A DNA stretch of 64,000 nucleotides from a bacterium (GTDB lineage: Bacteria > Zixibacteria > MSB-5A5 > WJJR01), in assembly GCA_021813505.1 (NCBI GenBank), contig JAKAKI010000040.1, forward strand, positions 56,559 to 120,558. The letters are read 5' to 3'. Of the stretch, positions 30,600-44,051 are shown in pieces. The notes beneath the pieces were generated by a model. That model was not told the origin of the DNA, did not search any database, and was given only the letters and a program-made list of their open reading frames with translations. Positions within the stretch are counted from its first letter, which is position 1; each line of letters begins with the position of its first letter. The translations under genes were made by a program, and so were the position numbers.

Positions 30600-31104
30600 T
30601 CACGGCTCGACGAAGGCCCGCTCGCTCCGGTACGCGAATGACCGCCCGTCGATGGCGCGTTCGACGGCGAGGATGCCGTCCAGATGGTCACATTCATGCT
30701 GAAGCAGTTCTGACATGGTAAATGAGGCGTCAAGCGAGTGTTCCCGCCAATCCAGGTCGCGGAAGACGATGCGGCAGGAGTTGTGCCGCCGCACTTTGAC
30801 CAGGAAATGGGGAAATGAAAAGCAGTCGTCCCAGAGTTCGAACATCTCTGTACTCAAGTTCTCCAATCGGGGATTGACCAGCAAGACCGGGGAATCGATG
30901 TGCATGTAAATCAGCCGTTTCAGCACGCCGATCTGCGGGGCCGCGATCGCCCGCCCGACCCCCCCAGCGGCCGCGGAAATCCAAAAGCGTGTCGTGCATG
31001 TCGGCCACGACAGTCCGAAGGGATTCGGCCTCGTCTCTGGCGACCGGTGGGCAACGTACGTTTAGTGCCGGGTTGCCCAAGAGGAGAATTTCACGAACGG
31101 CCAT
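30600..31104 (-). pseudogene. def: Peptide deformylase-like gene, frameshifted at a G7 run
   Basis: N-half (LLGNPAL...DMHDTL) and C-half (AAPQIG, NP, DDCFS, QHECDHLDG) are in different frames; removing one C from 30959-30965 fuses them. Confidence 0.8.
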
Positions 31105-31229
31105 TCGATGATACCTCCGGCTCCAATATGCTCAACACGGGCCATACCGCCAATCGAATGGAGCACGAACCAAAGTTGAAGAGACTGCGATCAGAAGGGG
31201 AGAAGGCTACGAGAAGTTCACTTGGCGTT

Positions 31230-31315
31230 TGGTGCCGAAGGCGGGATTTGAACCCGCACGGGGGGTACCCACCACCCCCTCAAGATGGCGTGTCTGCCAA
31301 TTCCACCACTTCGGC
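31230..31315 (-). tRNA. tRNA-Leu(GAG)
   Basis: GCCGAAG acceptor stem, CCATC-TT-GAG-GG-GGTGG anticodon arm, long variable arm, GGTTCAAATCC, encoded CCA; typical position after secG. Confidence 0.96.
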
Positions 31316-31382
31316 ACAAGTGCAATCTATCAACACAAACTCTACTTTAACAAAGTCACACTGCGTCACAGAGGCCGGCACG

Positions 31383-31862
31383 CTACTTCTTGCCCGAATC
31401 AGGCGTTGTGGCCGGTGTTGTCTGTTGTGTAGCCGGTGTTGTCTGCTGCGTCGCGGGTGGTGTCTGATTGAACAGCTCTTCACCCGGTCCTGACGGCGGC
31501 TGGCCGGTTGTCGCCGGCTGCGTTCCCTCGGCTCCCGGCTGCTGGACTGGAGGTGCTGCCGGCGTCTGCCCCGACCTGGCCGCTTCCTCAACGGCGCTCG
31601 AGCCGCCGGTGACGGCATTGGAGGAGGAGGAAGACGGGCGAATCAACGCGATGACGATGCACGACGCCATGAAGGCTACGGCGAGCACCGACGTCGCACG
31701 AGACAGAAAAGTGGCCGCGCCGCGTCCACCGAACACGGTGCCGGTCAGCGAAGTGCCCCCGAACGCGCCGGCCAGACCTTCACCCTTGGCCGACTGCAGG
31801 AGCACGGAGATAATCAGTGCCGTGCAAATCAATACATGAAGAGTAATCAACAAACTGTACAC
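31383..31862 (-). CDS. secG: Preprotein translocase SecG with long low-complexity tail
   Basis: VLLQSAKGEGLAGAFGG...FGGRGA..FLSRAT; GGAGG RBS; follows tpiA. Confidence 0.92.
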   Translation of the reverse strand: MYSLLITLHVLICTALIISVLLQSAKGEGLAGAFGGTSLTGTVFGGRGAATFLSRATSVLAVAFMASCIVIALIRPSSSSSNAVTGGSSAVEEAARSGQTPAAPPVQQPGAEGTQPATTGQPPSGPGEELFNQTPPATQQTTPATQQTTPATTPDSGKK

Positions 31863-31901
31863 GATACCTCCCGACTTCTTTTGCTATTTCCAGCCGGCCC
31901 G

Positions 31902-32684
31902 TCACGCTACCAACGGAACCGAACGAATGATCCGGTCAAACTGATCGGCGTCGAGCGATGCGCCGCCTACAAGAGCGCCATCAATATCGGGGTCGGCGAG
32001 AAGTTCCTTTGCGTTGTCCGCCTTGACCGATCCGCCGTACAAGATTCTGATCCGGGAGGCGGCCTCGGATGAGTGCGCCTTACTGATCCAGCCCCGGATG
32101 AACCGGTGAACATCTCCCGCTTGTTGGACTGTCGCGACTTTGCCTGTTCCAATTGCCCACACGGGTTCGTAGGCAATCACAACGTGCTTTAAGTCCGCGT
32201 CAGTCAGTCCTTTCAATCCGCCAGCCAACTGGCGCTCAACAACTTCGTGCGTCCGACCGGACTCACGTTCGTCCAGACTCTCACCAACACAAACAATCGG
32301 ATTAAGCCCGACTGCCAAGGCGGCCAGCGCCTTGCGGTTGATCCCCGCGTCGGTTTCGCCGAAAAACTGGCGCCGCTCGGAGTGTCCCAAGATAACCATT
32401 TGACACCCCGCCGTCAATAACATAGGTCCGGACACCTCACCGGTGAATGCCCCCGACGGCGCCTCATGCATGTTCTGGGCGCCCAACAGGATAGGGAATC
32501 CCTGCAAGGCTGCGGCTGCGGTCGCCAGCGAAACAGCCGGGGGGAAGACCGCCACTTCGACACCGCGCCCGCTTGGCGCCGGCCAACTCGCCGATCTCTT
32601 GGCGAGGTTTGTGCACAGTTCACGGGTCCAGGGAATGTCCCCGTTCATCTTCCAGTTGCCGGCAATGAGAGGTGTGCGTGTCAT
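31902..32684 (-). CDS. tpiA: Triosephosphate isomerase
   Basis: AGNWKMN, GHSERR, AYEPVWAIGTG, LYGGS. Confidence 0.98.
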   Translation of the reverse strand: MTRTPLIAGNWKMNGDIPWTRELCTNLAKRSASWPAPSGRGVEVAVFPPAVSLATAAAALQGFPILLGAQNMHEAPSGAFTGEVSGPMLLTAGCQMVILGHSERRQFFGETDAGINRKALAALAVGLNPIVCVGESLDERESGRTHEVVERQLAGGLKGLTDADLKHVVIAYEPVWAIGTGKVATVQQAGDVHRFIRGWISKAHSSEAASRIRILYGGSVKADNAKELLADPDIDGALVGGASLDADQFDRIIRSVPLVA

Positions 32685-32770
32685 GATGAACCTCCATCCG
32701 AGCGCAGTGGCACGTACTCCCGCGCCCCTGCCTCATCTCAGTATCGGATCAGCAATAGCCCTTGGCGCGT

Positions 32771-33964
32771 TCAACGGTCGTTGAGCGCAGCTACCCCGGG
32801 CAATGTCTTGCCTTCAATGAATTCCAGGGACGCACCGCCGCCGGTCGAGATATGCGAAATCCGCGACGCCACATTCGTCTTGTGAACCGCCGCCACCGAA
32901 TCGCCGCCTCCCACGACCGACACCGCTCCCTTGTCTGTGGCATCGGCGACTGCGTGGCTGACAACCACTGTGCCCGAATCGAACGGCTCGGTTTCGAACA
33001 CGCCCATCGGCCCGTTCCAGAAGATCGTACCCGCCTGTTTCAATTCGGTGGAGAACTGCTTGGCGGTTCTCGGACCGATATCATACCCAGCGAGATCAGT
33101 GCCGAGTTTGTCTCCATCCACGATGACAGGTCGTCCGGTGTCCTTGAGATCTTTGGCCGCCACGAAATCGCAGGGTAGCAGGAATTTCCGTTTTTGCGCG
33201 CTCGCTTGGGCCAGAATCCTGCCGGCTGTCTCGATCAACTCAGGTTCAATCAGGGACTTTCCGACTTCTTTGCCCTGAGCTTTCAGAAACGTGAACGCCA
33301 TGCCCCCGCCGATCATGAAACCGTCAACGGTCTTCATGAGATTGGTGATGACCTCGAGCTTGCCGGAAACCTTGGCGCCTCCCAGAAGTGCCACAAAGGG
33401 CCGCTTCGGCGCCTGCAGAAGTTTGCCGAGGTAGCGGAGTTCCTTTTCCATCAGGTAGCCGGCCACGGCGATCTTGATGAAGCGTGTAACGCCCTCGGTG
33501 GAGGCGTGCGCACGGTGGGCGCTGCCAAAAGCGTCGTTCACATAGATTTCACCCCATGCGGCAAGCTGCCGGGAGAACTCCGGATCGTTCTTCTCCTCCT
33601 CGGCATGGAAGCGGAGATTCTCCAGCAGGCAGACTTCGCCGTCACGCAACGCGTTGACAACGGCACCCGCCTTGTCTCCGATGCAGTCCTCTGCGAATGG
33701 CACCGGTTTGCCCAGAAGCTTGCCGAGGTGCGCAGCGACCGGCCGCAGTGAGAATTCGGGTTTGGGCTGCCCCTTGGGCCGTCCGAGGTGTGACATCAGG
33801 ATCACGCGCGCGCCGGAATCGGCGAGCTTGCGAATCGACGGCAACGATGCGACGATACGCGTATCATCGGTCACCTGGTCGCCCGCGAGCGGCACATTGA
33901 AATCGACACGCACCAGAACGCGTTTGCCCGCCGGCGCGATGTCGTCAATAGTTTTCTTGTTCAT
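32771..33964 (-). CDS. pgk: Phosphoglycerate kinase
   Basis: RVDFNVP, SHLGRP, NDAFG.AHRAH, WNGPMG, STGGGASLE. Confidence 0.98.
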   Translation of the reverse strand: MNKKTIDDIAPAGKRVLVRVDFNVPLAGDQVTDDTRIVASLPSIRKLADSGARVILMSHLGRPKGQPKPEFSLRPVAAHLGKLLGKPVPFAEDCIGDKAGAVVNALRDGEVCLLENLRFHAEEEKNDPEFSRQLAAWGEIYVNDAFGSAHRAHASTEGVTRFIKIAVAGYLMEKELRYLGKLLQAPKRPFVALLGGAKVSGKLEVITNLMKTVDGFMIGGGMAFTFLKAQGKEVGKSLIEPELIETAGRILAQASAQKRKFLLPCDFVAAKDLKDTGRPVIVDGDKLGTDLAGYDIGPRTAKQFSTELKQAGTIFWNGPMGVFETEPFDSGTVVVSHAVADATDKGAVSVVGGGDSVAAVHKTNVASRISHISTGGGASLEFIEGKTLPGVAALNDR

Positions 33965-33967
33965 CGC

Positions 33968-35753
<1,786 letters not shown>

Positions 35754-35759
35754 TGTGTG

Positions 35760-36512
35760 TTAGCGCGTTCTTAGAGTTAATCCGGCGGAAAGCCAGAACC
35801 CGGACAGATCAATCTTGCCTCTGTTGGCGTAGTCGAACTTCGTGTAGCGATAGGCAACATCCGCTACGAGAAAGAAATTCCCCATGTAATGGAACTCGAC
35901 ACCGGTGCCGACGGCGAACCCCAGGGCCAGCTTGCTGCCTGGATCGTAGAAGTGGTACTTCATCAGGGTATCATGGACATGACTTGGCGATTCGTTGGCG
36001 ATGACCATCGAGAGTCCGGCACGCGCGTAAACGTTGTGCGGGGCGTCGACATTCCCGAATTCGTGCACCGCGCGCACACCGGCAAACATGGGAAAGAAAT
36101 CAATCCGCCCGATCCCCAGAAGGACCGTGTCCTTATCCTCAGGAGCGAATCCCGCCACGTCCACATCGCGGCGCCCAGACCACCCCAAATCACCCTCGGC
36201 CCACCAGGAATTGCGAATATGGAATAGCCCCTGAACCTCAATGAACGGTGCGATTGAAGCCGCCTTAGCCAGCCTCGCCTGATAGTGGGTCGTGTCGGTC
36301 GGTGAAAGCCTGACGGATCCAAAGATCGCGGAGATCGCCCGATGCGGCCAAATCCCTCCACGCAGAGAAAACCGATCCCCCCTCGTCGGACTGGCCCAGC
36401 ATCCGCCAGAACTGCCCATGATGCTCACCAGAGTCAGAATCGCGAGGAGAAAGACGCGCTTTGAAGCGACACCACGCTCAGGTCGAGCTGTCGGAATCGG
36501 GAGGTTTTTCAC
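35760..36512 (-). CDS. Putative outer-membrane beta-barrel protein
   Basis: Signal-like N-terminus; LGFAVGTGVEF, DVAYRYTKF, LSGFWLSAGLTL; GTG start just after pfk stop. Confidence 0.65.
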   Translation of the reverse strand: MKNLPIPTARPERGVASKRVFLLAILTLVSIMGSSGGCWASPTRGDRFSLRGGIWPHRAISAIFGSVRLSPTDTTHYQARLAKAASIAPFIEVQGLFHIRNSWWAEGDLGWSGRRDVDVAGFAPEDKDTVLLGIGRIDFFPMFAGVRAVHEFGNVDAPHNVYARAGLSMVIANESPSHVHDTLMKYHFYDPGSKLALGFAVGTGVEFHYMGNFFLVADVAYRYTKFDYANRGKIDLSGFWLSAGLTLRTR

Positions 36513-36516
36513 AGTA

Positions 36517-37566
36517 TCATCCAAAGAATAGGGCCGCCTCTTGGAACAACTCCTCAGAGACTGTCCGGGTTCGCCCGGCAACTTCCGATAACGGTATCGA
36601 TGAAACCTGGTTTCCGCGCAAGCACACCATTTTGCCAAACTCTTTCCGCTCGATCAGGCGAACCGCCTCAAGGCCATACCGGGTGCACAGGTACCGGTCA
36701 AACGCGAGAGGTGAGCCGCCTCGTTGCACGTGGCCGAGCATCACCATCCGTGTCTCATATCCCGTGCATTTCTCGATTTGCTCAGAGAGAGTCTGTCCGA
36801 TTCCACCCAGTCGAACATGTCCAAATTCATCCAGTTTGGCGTCCTGGAGAATCATCGTCTGCTTTCCGCTGGCGCCATCAACTGAGACTTTGGCGCCCTC
36901 GGCCACGACGACGATGGAAAAGTCTTTGCCGCTCTCGTGGCGCCGTTTGATCAAAGCGCAGATCTCATTCAGATCGGATTCGCGCTCTGGCAGCAGAATC
37001 TCGTCTGCGCCTCCCGCCATGCCGCCCTGCAGGGCGATCCAGCCAGCGTGCCGGCCCATGACTTCTACCACCATGACCCGTTTGTGTGATTCGGTGGTGG
37101 TTCTGACCCGGTCAATCGCTTCCATGACCGTGTTCACGGCGGTGTCGAACCCGAAACAGTAGTCGGTCCCCACGATGTCGTTGTCAATCGTCTTGGGAAC
37201 TCCGATGACATTCAGCCCGTGGTCCTGGAGCGCCGAGGCGACGCCCAGGGTGTCCTCGCCACCGATGGCAATAACGGCGTCCAGCCCAAGCTTCTTCGAC
37301 CGGCTAAGAACTTCGTCATATCCGCCGGGTGTTTTCCCGGGATTTGTTCGGGATGTCTTAAGAATGGTCCCGCCCCGTCCGAGGATTCCGGAGACCTCAG
37401 GCAGAAGAATTTCGCGCGCCAGACCGTCCTTCATCAGGCCGCGCCACCCTTCCAGAATTCCGGTGACGCGCCAATGGTTGTGCTTTGTTGCTTTGACGAC
37501 TACGGCCCGGATCACAGCGTTGAGTCCGGGACAGTCACCCCCGCCAGTCAATATGCCGATGTTCAC
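36517..37566 (-). CDS. pfkA: 6-phosphofructokinase, group III-like (GGED/PKTIDND)
   Basis: TGGGDCPGLNAVIR, IGGEDT, PKTIDND, VEVMGRHAGW, GHVQRGG; GGAGG RBS before GTG 37566. Confidence 0.93.
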   Translation of the reverse strand: MNIGILTGGGDCPGLNAVIRAVVVKATKHNHWRVTGILEGWRGLMKDGLAREILLPEVSGILGRGGTILKTSRTNPGKTPGGYDEVLSRSKKLGLDAVIAIGGEDTLGVASALQDHGLNVIGVPKTIDNDIVGTDYCFGFDTAVNTVMEAIDRVRTTTESHKRVMVVEVMGRHAGWIALQGGMAGGADEILLPERESDLNEICALIKRRHESGKDFSIVVVAEGAKVSVDGASGKQTMILQDAKLDEFGHVRLGGIGQTLSEQIEKCTGYETRMVMLGHVQRGGSPLAFDRYLCTRYGLEAVRLIERKEFGKMVCLRGNQVSSIPLSEVAGRTRTVSEELFQEAALFFG

Positions 37567-37613
37567 GGCCACCCTCCCCTTTGGCGCCCACGCATCACGA
37601 TGGGCGGCAGTCG

Positions 37614-37641
37614 AATATACCCCACGTCCCCTTGATGTCAA
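37614..37641 (-). promoter_or_regulatory. Sigma70-type promoter of the pfk-gap-pgk-tpiA-secG operon
   Basis: TTGACA-16nt-TATATT on the minus strand. Confidence 0.65.
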
Positions 37642-37832
37642 GAAAACTGCCCGGCGCACGGAGGGGGGGCAGTCAAAATCCACTTGTAATTGGCCGCTGG
37701 AAGCGTACACTGGCGGGCTGGAGTGGATGGTCCGGTGGTTCCGATCCGCGCGGAAGTGCCTGAATCGATACCGGACAAAGGCCAGATGGGCGTGCTAAGA
37801 AGATTGCGAGTCCGCGAACGGAGGAAAAGAAA

Positions 37833-37896
37833 GGTGGGCACAGCCCATCCTACCTTCCTGACTCGCACGGAAATCGTACGGTGGGCCCCGCCCACC
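37833..37896. repeat. Pair of oppositely oriented GTRG-type REP-like palindromes
   Basis: rc GTAG-GATGGGC-TGT-GCCCACC (37833-37853) and GTAC-GGTGGGC-CCC-GCCCACC (37876-37896). Confidence 0.6.
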
Positions 37897-37977
37897 AGTT
37901 TTCGCGGGAACGATCCAACGGCGGAATCTCAACACGCCCAAGCGATCACTACTCCGTGATTGGGAGCTTTCAGTCTC

Positions 37978-38964
37978 ATGACCAACGTGATCATTCCAGC
38001 CGCCGGAATCGGCAGCCGCCTGCGGCCTCACACACACACGCTGTCCAAGGCGCTCCTGCCCGTCGCGGGCAAACCCATCCTGGGCCACATCATTGACCGT
38101 CTGGTTGGTGTGCCGAACCTCGGCACTGTGTGGATTGTCGTCGGTTTCCTTGCCGATCAGATCCAATCGTATGTGACCAGTCACTACGATCTCGACGTGC
38201 GCTTCGTCCACCAGAGTGACCTGCGCGGGTTGGGTTTCGCCATCCACCTGGCGCTCAAGGAAATTCCCAGCGATGACCCATTGATGGTGATTCTGAGTGA
38301 CACGATCATCGAAACAAGTTTTGCGACGTTTATGGCCGGTCCCGATGATGCACTGGGCGTTCGTGAGGTGGCCGACCCGCGCCGTTTCGGTGTGGTTGAG
38401 GTTGAGGGGGGATGGATCAAACGGCTGGTTGAAAAACCGGAGGTCCCTCCCTCACATCTGGCGGTCGTGGGGCTTTACGGAATCAAGAATACGAAGCTCT
38501 TGCGAGAGTGTCTCGATACGGTGGTGTCGCGCAATCAGGCCGTCGCCGGAGAACTCCAGGTCACTGATGCGCTGCAATTGATGGTTGAACGTGGCAGCCG
38601 CATGGCAGCCGTCACCGTTGAGGGTTGGTATGACTGCGGCAAACTGGAGACGATGCTTCTGACCAATCGCCACCTGCTGGATCAGCGTGGCCGCCACGTC
38701 GAGATTCCCGGCTCGCTGGTGCTGCCGCCATCGTATGTGTCACCAACGGCGCGGCTCGAACATGCGATCGTTGGGCCGTACGCCTCGATCGGCGACCGGG
38801 CGGAGATCGTCGAGGCGATCGTGTCGAATTCCATCGTTTCGGAGGGTGCCAGCATTCGCCGGTGCGTGATTGAGGATTCCATGATCGGTTCCAATGCCAA
38901 TGTCGTGGGCGGGGCCGAGCACTTGAATATCGGAGATTCTTCGGAAGTCGGGTTCGAGTTTTGA
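37978..38964 (+). CDS. Sugar-phosphate nucleotidyltransferase (G1P thymidylyltransferase-like, with C-terminal left-handed beta helix)
   Basis: [34 protein letters not shown]. Confidence 0.9.
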   Translation: MTNVIIPAAGIGSRLRPHTHTLSKALLPVAGKPILGHIIDRLVGVPNLGTVWIVVGFLADQIQSYVTSHYDLDVRFVHQSDLRGLGFAIHLALKEIPSDDPLMVILSDTIIETSFATFMAGPDDALGVREVADPRRFGVVEVEGGWIKRLVEKPEVPPSHLAVVGLYGIKNTKLLRECLDTVVSRNQAVAGELQVTDALQLMVERGSRMAAVTVEGWYDCGKLETMLLTNRHLLDQRGRHVEIPGSLVLPPSYVSPTARLEHAIVGPYASIGDRAEIVEAIVSNSIVSEGASIRRCVIEDSMIGSNANVVGGAEHLNIGDSSEVGFEF

Positions 38965-39010
38965 ACGTCCGGCTTTGTTGTGGGCATTTGTGGGAGGATT
39001 GAGGGACGCA

Positions 39011-40171
39011 ATGGTTGAAGACTTTCTGTTTACTTCCGAATCGGTTACAGAAGGACATCCGGATAAAGTTTGCGATCAGATCTCGGATGCTGTCCTGGAC
39101 GACGTTCTCAGGCAGGATCCCAAAGGACGTGTGGCCTGCGAGACGTTTATCACCGTCGGGCTGGTCATCGTCGGTGGTGAAATCACCACCGACGTGTATG
39201 TCGATATTCACAATCTGGTCCGCCGGTTGATTTGTGATATCGGCTACACCGACAGCCGGTACGGATTCAACTACAAGACCTGCGCCATCCTCAACGCGAT
39301 CGGGCCGCAATCCCCGGACATTTCGCAGGGGGTTGATGCCGGCGGCGCGGGTGACCAGGGCCTGATGGTCGGCTTCGCCTGCCGCGAAACGCCGGAATTG
39401 ATGCCACTGCCGATCACTCTCGCGCACAAACTGACGCGCCGGCTCTCCACGGTGCGCAAACAGGGCATTCTCAAGTACCTCGGTCCGGACGGCAAGTCGC
39501 AAGTCACGGTCGAGTATCGTGGCGGCAAGCCCGCACGCATTCACACGATCGTGCTCTCCTCGCAGCACACCACGGAAATTCTCGATGCGAGTGGAGAGCA
39601 CATTACCGAGGAGGCCCGCCAGGAGATTATCAAGCATGTCGCCAAGGCGGTCATCGACCCGTCCATGCTGGATGACCGCACGATTTACCACGTGAATCCG
39701 ACCGGGAAATTCGTCGTCGGCGGTCCGCAATGCGACACAGGAATGACCGGCCGCAAGATCATCGTCGACACCTATGGCGGGATGGCGCCCCATGGCGGCG
39801 GCGCGTTCTCCGGCAAGGATCCAACAAAAGTAGATCGCTCAGCCACTTATATGGCGCGGTACATCGCCAAGAATATCGTAGCGGCCGATCTGGCCGACCG
39901 GTGCACGGTGCAACTGGCCTACGCAATTGGCGTGGCCGAGCCGGTATCAGTAATGGTGTTTTGCGATGGTACCGAGAGGCTCCCCAATGGCCGGCTCGAA
40001 AAACTCATTCGCAAGAACTTCGATCTGACCCCGCGGGGGATTATCGATACCCTCAAGCTCCGCCGTCCGATATACACCCCCACGGCAGCCTATGGACACT
40101 TCGGGCGGACCGAGGAGACATTTACCTGGGAGAAGACCGACAAGGTTGCTGATCTTCAGAAAGGTGCATGA
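39011..40171 (+). CDS. metK: S-adenosylmethionine synthetase
   Basis: [28 protein letters not shown]. Confidence 0.98.
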   Translation: MVEDFLFTSESVTEGHPDKVCDQISDAVLDDVLRQDPKGRVACETFITVGLVIVGGEITTDVYVDIHNLVRRLICDIGYTDSRYGFNYKTCAILNAIGPQSPDISQGVDAGGAGDQGLMVGFACRETPELMPLPITLAHKLTRRLSTVRKQGILKYLGPDGKSQVTVEYRGGKPARIHTIVLSSQHTTEILDASGEHITEEARQEIIKHVAKAVIDPSMLDDRTIYHVNPTGKFVVGGPQCDTGMTGRKIIVDTYGGMAPHGGGAFSGKDPTKVDRSATYMARYIAKNIVAADLADRCTVQLAYAIGVAEPVSVMVFCDGTERLPNGRLEKLIRKNFDLTPRGIIDTLKLRRPIYTPTAAYGHFGRTEETFTWEKTDKVADLQKGA

Positions 40172-40212
40172 GTCCAACTAGAAACTTCTGGCACCCCGGC
40201 CGGGTACCGTGA

Positions 40213-41475
<1,263 letters not shown>

Positions 41476-41507
41476 GAAGCGGCAGCTGGAACGGCACCAC
41501 ACGATAT

Positions 41508-41529
41508 GGGTGGGCAAAGCCCGCCCCAC
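41508..41529 (-). repeat. GTRG-type REP-like palindrome between convergent ahcY and lptG
   Basis: rc GTGG-GGCGGGC-TTT-GCCCACC, same family as the 37833-37896 copies. Confidence 0.55.
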
Positions 41530-41544
41530 GGTTTCGGGGGACTG

Positions 41545-42630
41545 CTACTTCCTCGATTTGAGCAGGATCAGCGAGCCCACCACAAAGCACACAATGTCGG
41601 GAGTCCAGGCGGCAACCCAGGCTGGGATGTCGCCATTGTGCCCAAAGGAGCGGAACACTTCGATCACGACGCGGAGAGCGAATGTGATCATCATCGCGAT
41701 CCCGAAATTCAGTGCCGTGCCGGAATGCCGCGCCCGGGCTGCGATGGGAAAGCCGATAAGCACCACCAGAAAGTTCAAGAACGGGTACGCGATCTTCAGG
41801 ACCAGCTCCGTCTCCTGGAATGTTGGATCGCCTCCGGTGGCACGGATCCGCGCGATGGCGGCTTTGAGATCGAAGTATCCTGTTCGCTCCGGTTCGACCC
41901 ATTTGCGCATCAAATCGCTTGGCAATTCACGCCATTCCCGGAATTCCCGGCTTTCAAATGTCTCGTAATGAGTAGCGGAATCGCCCGCCGTCTCGAATAA
42001 TCGTCTCTGTCCCGTTGAACCGACCCAGACTGAGTCCTGGAAACGCAGGCTCTTCATCTCCAGCAGCTCGGTCATTCGTCCCTGGTCGAACGTTTGAACT
42101 GTGACGTCAGTTCCACTCTGCTGCAGGGCATTGAATGACTTGAAATAGAAGATGCGCCCCTCCATGCCCGGAGAGAACAGGGCTTGATAGATCACGCGCG
42201 AAGGTTTTGAACCACCGGACAGGAACTGTTCCGTGAGATCGGTCCGGCGCTGTTCCATCTTGGGATAGATGGTTTCCCCCGCCACCATAACGATACCGGT
42301 GATCACAAGACCCAAAAACAGCAGCGGCATAGCAGTGCGGAAAAGCGAGACGCCCGCAGCGCGCATCGCCAATAGTTCGTTGCGACGGCTCAGGAATCCG
42401 ATGCTGAACAACGTCGCCAGCAGGACCGCGACGGGAATGACCAGGATGAGAATGAACGGCGTGTAATAGTAATAATACAGCGCGACGAATCTCGCCGGCA
42501 CTCCCTTGTCGATGAACTTGTCGAGGTGCTCGATCAGATGAACGATCAGGTAGATCGTCCAAAAACCAATGAGCGACCAGACCAGGCTGAACATGAACCG
42601 GCTCATGACGTAGCGGTCGAGACGGTTCAT
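41545..42630 (-). CDS. lptG: LPS export permease LptG
   Basis: LDRY, LSRRNELLAMRAAGVS, KIAYP, AAWTP. Confidence 0.88.
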   Translation of the reverse strand: MNRLDRYVMSRFMFSLVWSLIGFWTIYLIVHLIEHLDKFIDKGVPARFVALYYYYYTPFILILVIPVAVLLATLFSIGFLSRRNELLAMRAAGVSLFRTAMPLLFLGLVITGIVMVAGETIYPKMEQRRTDLTEQFLSGGSKPSRVIYQALFSPGMEGRIFYFKSFNALQQSGTDVTVQTFDQGRMTELLEMKSLRFQDSVWVGSTGQRRLFETAGDSATHYETFESREFREWRELPSDLMRKWVEPERTGYFDLKAAIARIRATGGDPTFQETELVLKIAYPFLNFLVVLIGFPIAARARHSGTALNFGIAMMITFALRVVIEVFRSFGHNGDIPAWVAAWTPDIVCFVVGSLILLKSRK

Positions 42631-44045
42631 GATGCCGGCCTTTCGCTGACCGATTTGGTGCGCACGCCCAGCCTGCCGGCGGTCAGATAGCCAAGCAGAT
42701 GGCGCGGCCCAAGCTGCACTTCACTGTTGACCGACCAAAGCAGGATCAGACCGACCAGTCCGATCAGAATATCCGCCGACCACATGGCCGTGAATGGGGT
42801 AATGAATTCGCGATCAGCCAATTCTTCACCCCCGATCAGAAATGCCCAGTAGACCAGGAACAATCCCAGCGAGACGCCGATTCCCACGCCGAAGCCGCCC
42901 CGTCGGGCCCGGACGCCGAGGGGACAACCGATCAATACAAAAACCACGCAGGCGGCGGGGATCGAGTACTTCTTGTAAATCTCGATCAAGTACTGGTTGA
43001 TCATCCGTTCCTGACTGTCGATTGCCGCTTCTTCGCGTTGAATCAGCGAGGTGACGCGATGCACACGGTCCAAGGCCCGCTGCTGAGCAGACAGCGAATC
43101 GGGCGCCGGTGTATAACTGGCGTCAGCCAATGGCAGCGACACTTCAGCCACAGCCGCAAGGGGTGGCGCAACAAGGATGGCCGAAACCATAGTGGAACAA
43201 ACGCGGTTGATTTCCGCGAGGTGCGGGCCGATCGATTTCTCCCACGTGGCAATATCCTCCCGCATGAGCGCGGAGGATTTTTCGCGGTCGGTGCGATAAT
43301 CCGAACTGGTGCGCGACCATTCGTCTTCGACACCCCCGAGATAAAACGTCTGCTCCTGGAACGCCGTACGCCGGTATTTCCGAGGATCGGCGGGATCAAT
43401 CTCATGAATCTCCCCATCCCGGAGTTTCATGATAAGTGTACGTCCGTCGGCGGAATAGTTCATGACGCCGGACTTGGCGACAACCGTGCGGGGACTTCTC
43501 TGCTCCTGCTGGTCGAAGATGGTGACATCAGCAATGGCGGAGGTCTTCTGATCGATGGTCTTGATCAGGATGTGGTAGCCGGGTATGCGATCCTCGATCA
43601 CGTTGGGTTTCAAATCGAGAGTAGGGCGCTTGCGGCGAATATCCGACATTAGTAAACGGGCCTGATGATTGGCGTCGGGGAGCACCTCGTTGTTGAATTC
43701 CACTAGCCCGGCACCGACAATGGCGGCGAGGAGAAGGACGGGTGCGATGATCCGGTACAGTGAAACGCCGGAAGCCTTCATCGCCAGCACTTCGGAGTCG
43801 GACGAGAGCCGTCCGAAGCCCATCAGAGTTCCCGACAGCACCGCCATTGGCACAGAAAGCGCGAGCATCCAGGCAAGATTCAGAACAAAGACCTGGATGA
43901 TGACGCCAGTGGCCAGACCTTTGGAGATCACCATCGAAACAACTTCGGGCACAAAGTCGACGACCAGCACCAGTGTGATGACGACGAGCGCAAACCAAAA
44001 CGGACCGTTGAGTTCGCGGAGAATGTAGCGATCAAACCGGCTCAC
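42627..44045 (-). CDS. lptF: LPS export permease LptF
   Basis: FGRLSSDSEVLAMKASGVS, KKYSIP, IGCPLG. Confidence 0.88.
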   Translation of the reverse strand: MSRFDRYILRELNGPFWFALVVITLVLVVDFVPEVVSMVISKGLATGVIIQVFVLNLAWMLALSVPMAVLSGTLMGFGRLSSDSEVLAMKASGVSLYRIIAPVLLLAAIVGAGLVEFNNEVLPDANHQARLLMSDIRRKRPTLDLKPNVIEDRIPGYHILIKTIDQKTSAIADVTIFDQQEQRSPRTVVAKSGVMNYSADGRTLIMKLRDGEIHEIDPADPRKYRRTAFQEQTFYLGGVEDEWSRTSSDYRTDREKSSALMREDIATWEKSIGPHLAEINRVCSTMVSAILVAPPLAAVAEVSLPLADASYTPAPDSLSAQQRALDRVHRVTSLIQREEAAIDSQERMINQYLIEIYKKYSIPAACVVFVLIGCPLGVRARRGGFGVGIGVSLGLFLVYWAFLIGGEELADREFITPFTAMWSADILIGLVGLILLWSVNSEVQLGPRHLLGYLTAGRLGVRTKSVSERPAS

Positions 44046-44051
44046 GAGCGG

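Noticed and set aside
30730-31104. Independent 124-aa protein
   Set aside because: It is the N-half of the frameshifted deformylase running into an out-of-frame tail
29033-31230. Integrated element at the tRNA-Leu 3' end
   Set aside because: No duplicated tRNA 3' end (att site) or integrase noticed by eye
37690-37977. SAM riboswitch upstream of the NTP-transferase-metK-ahcY run
   Set aside because: No SAM-I/II/SAH consensus recognised; the visible structure is explained by REP-like hairpins. An Rfam scan would settle it
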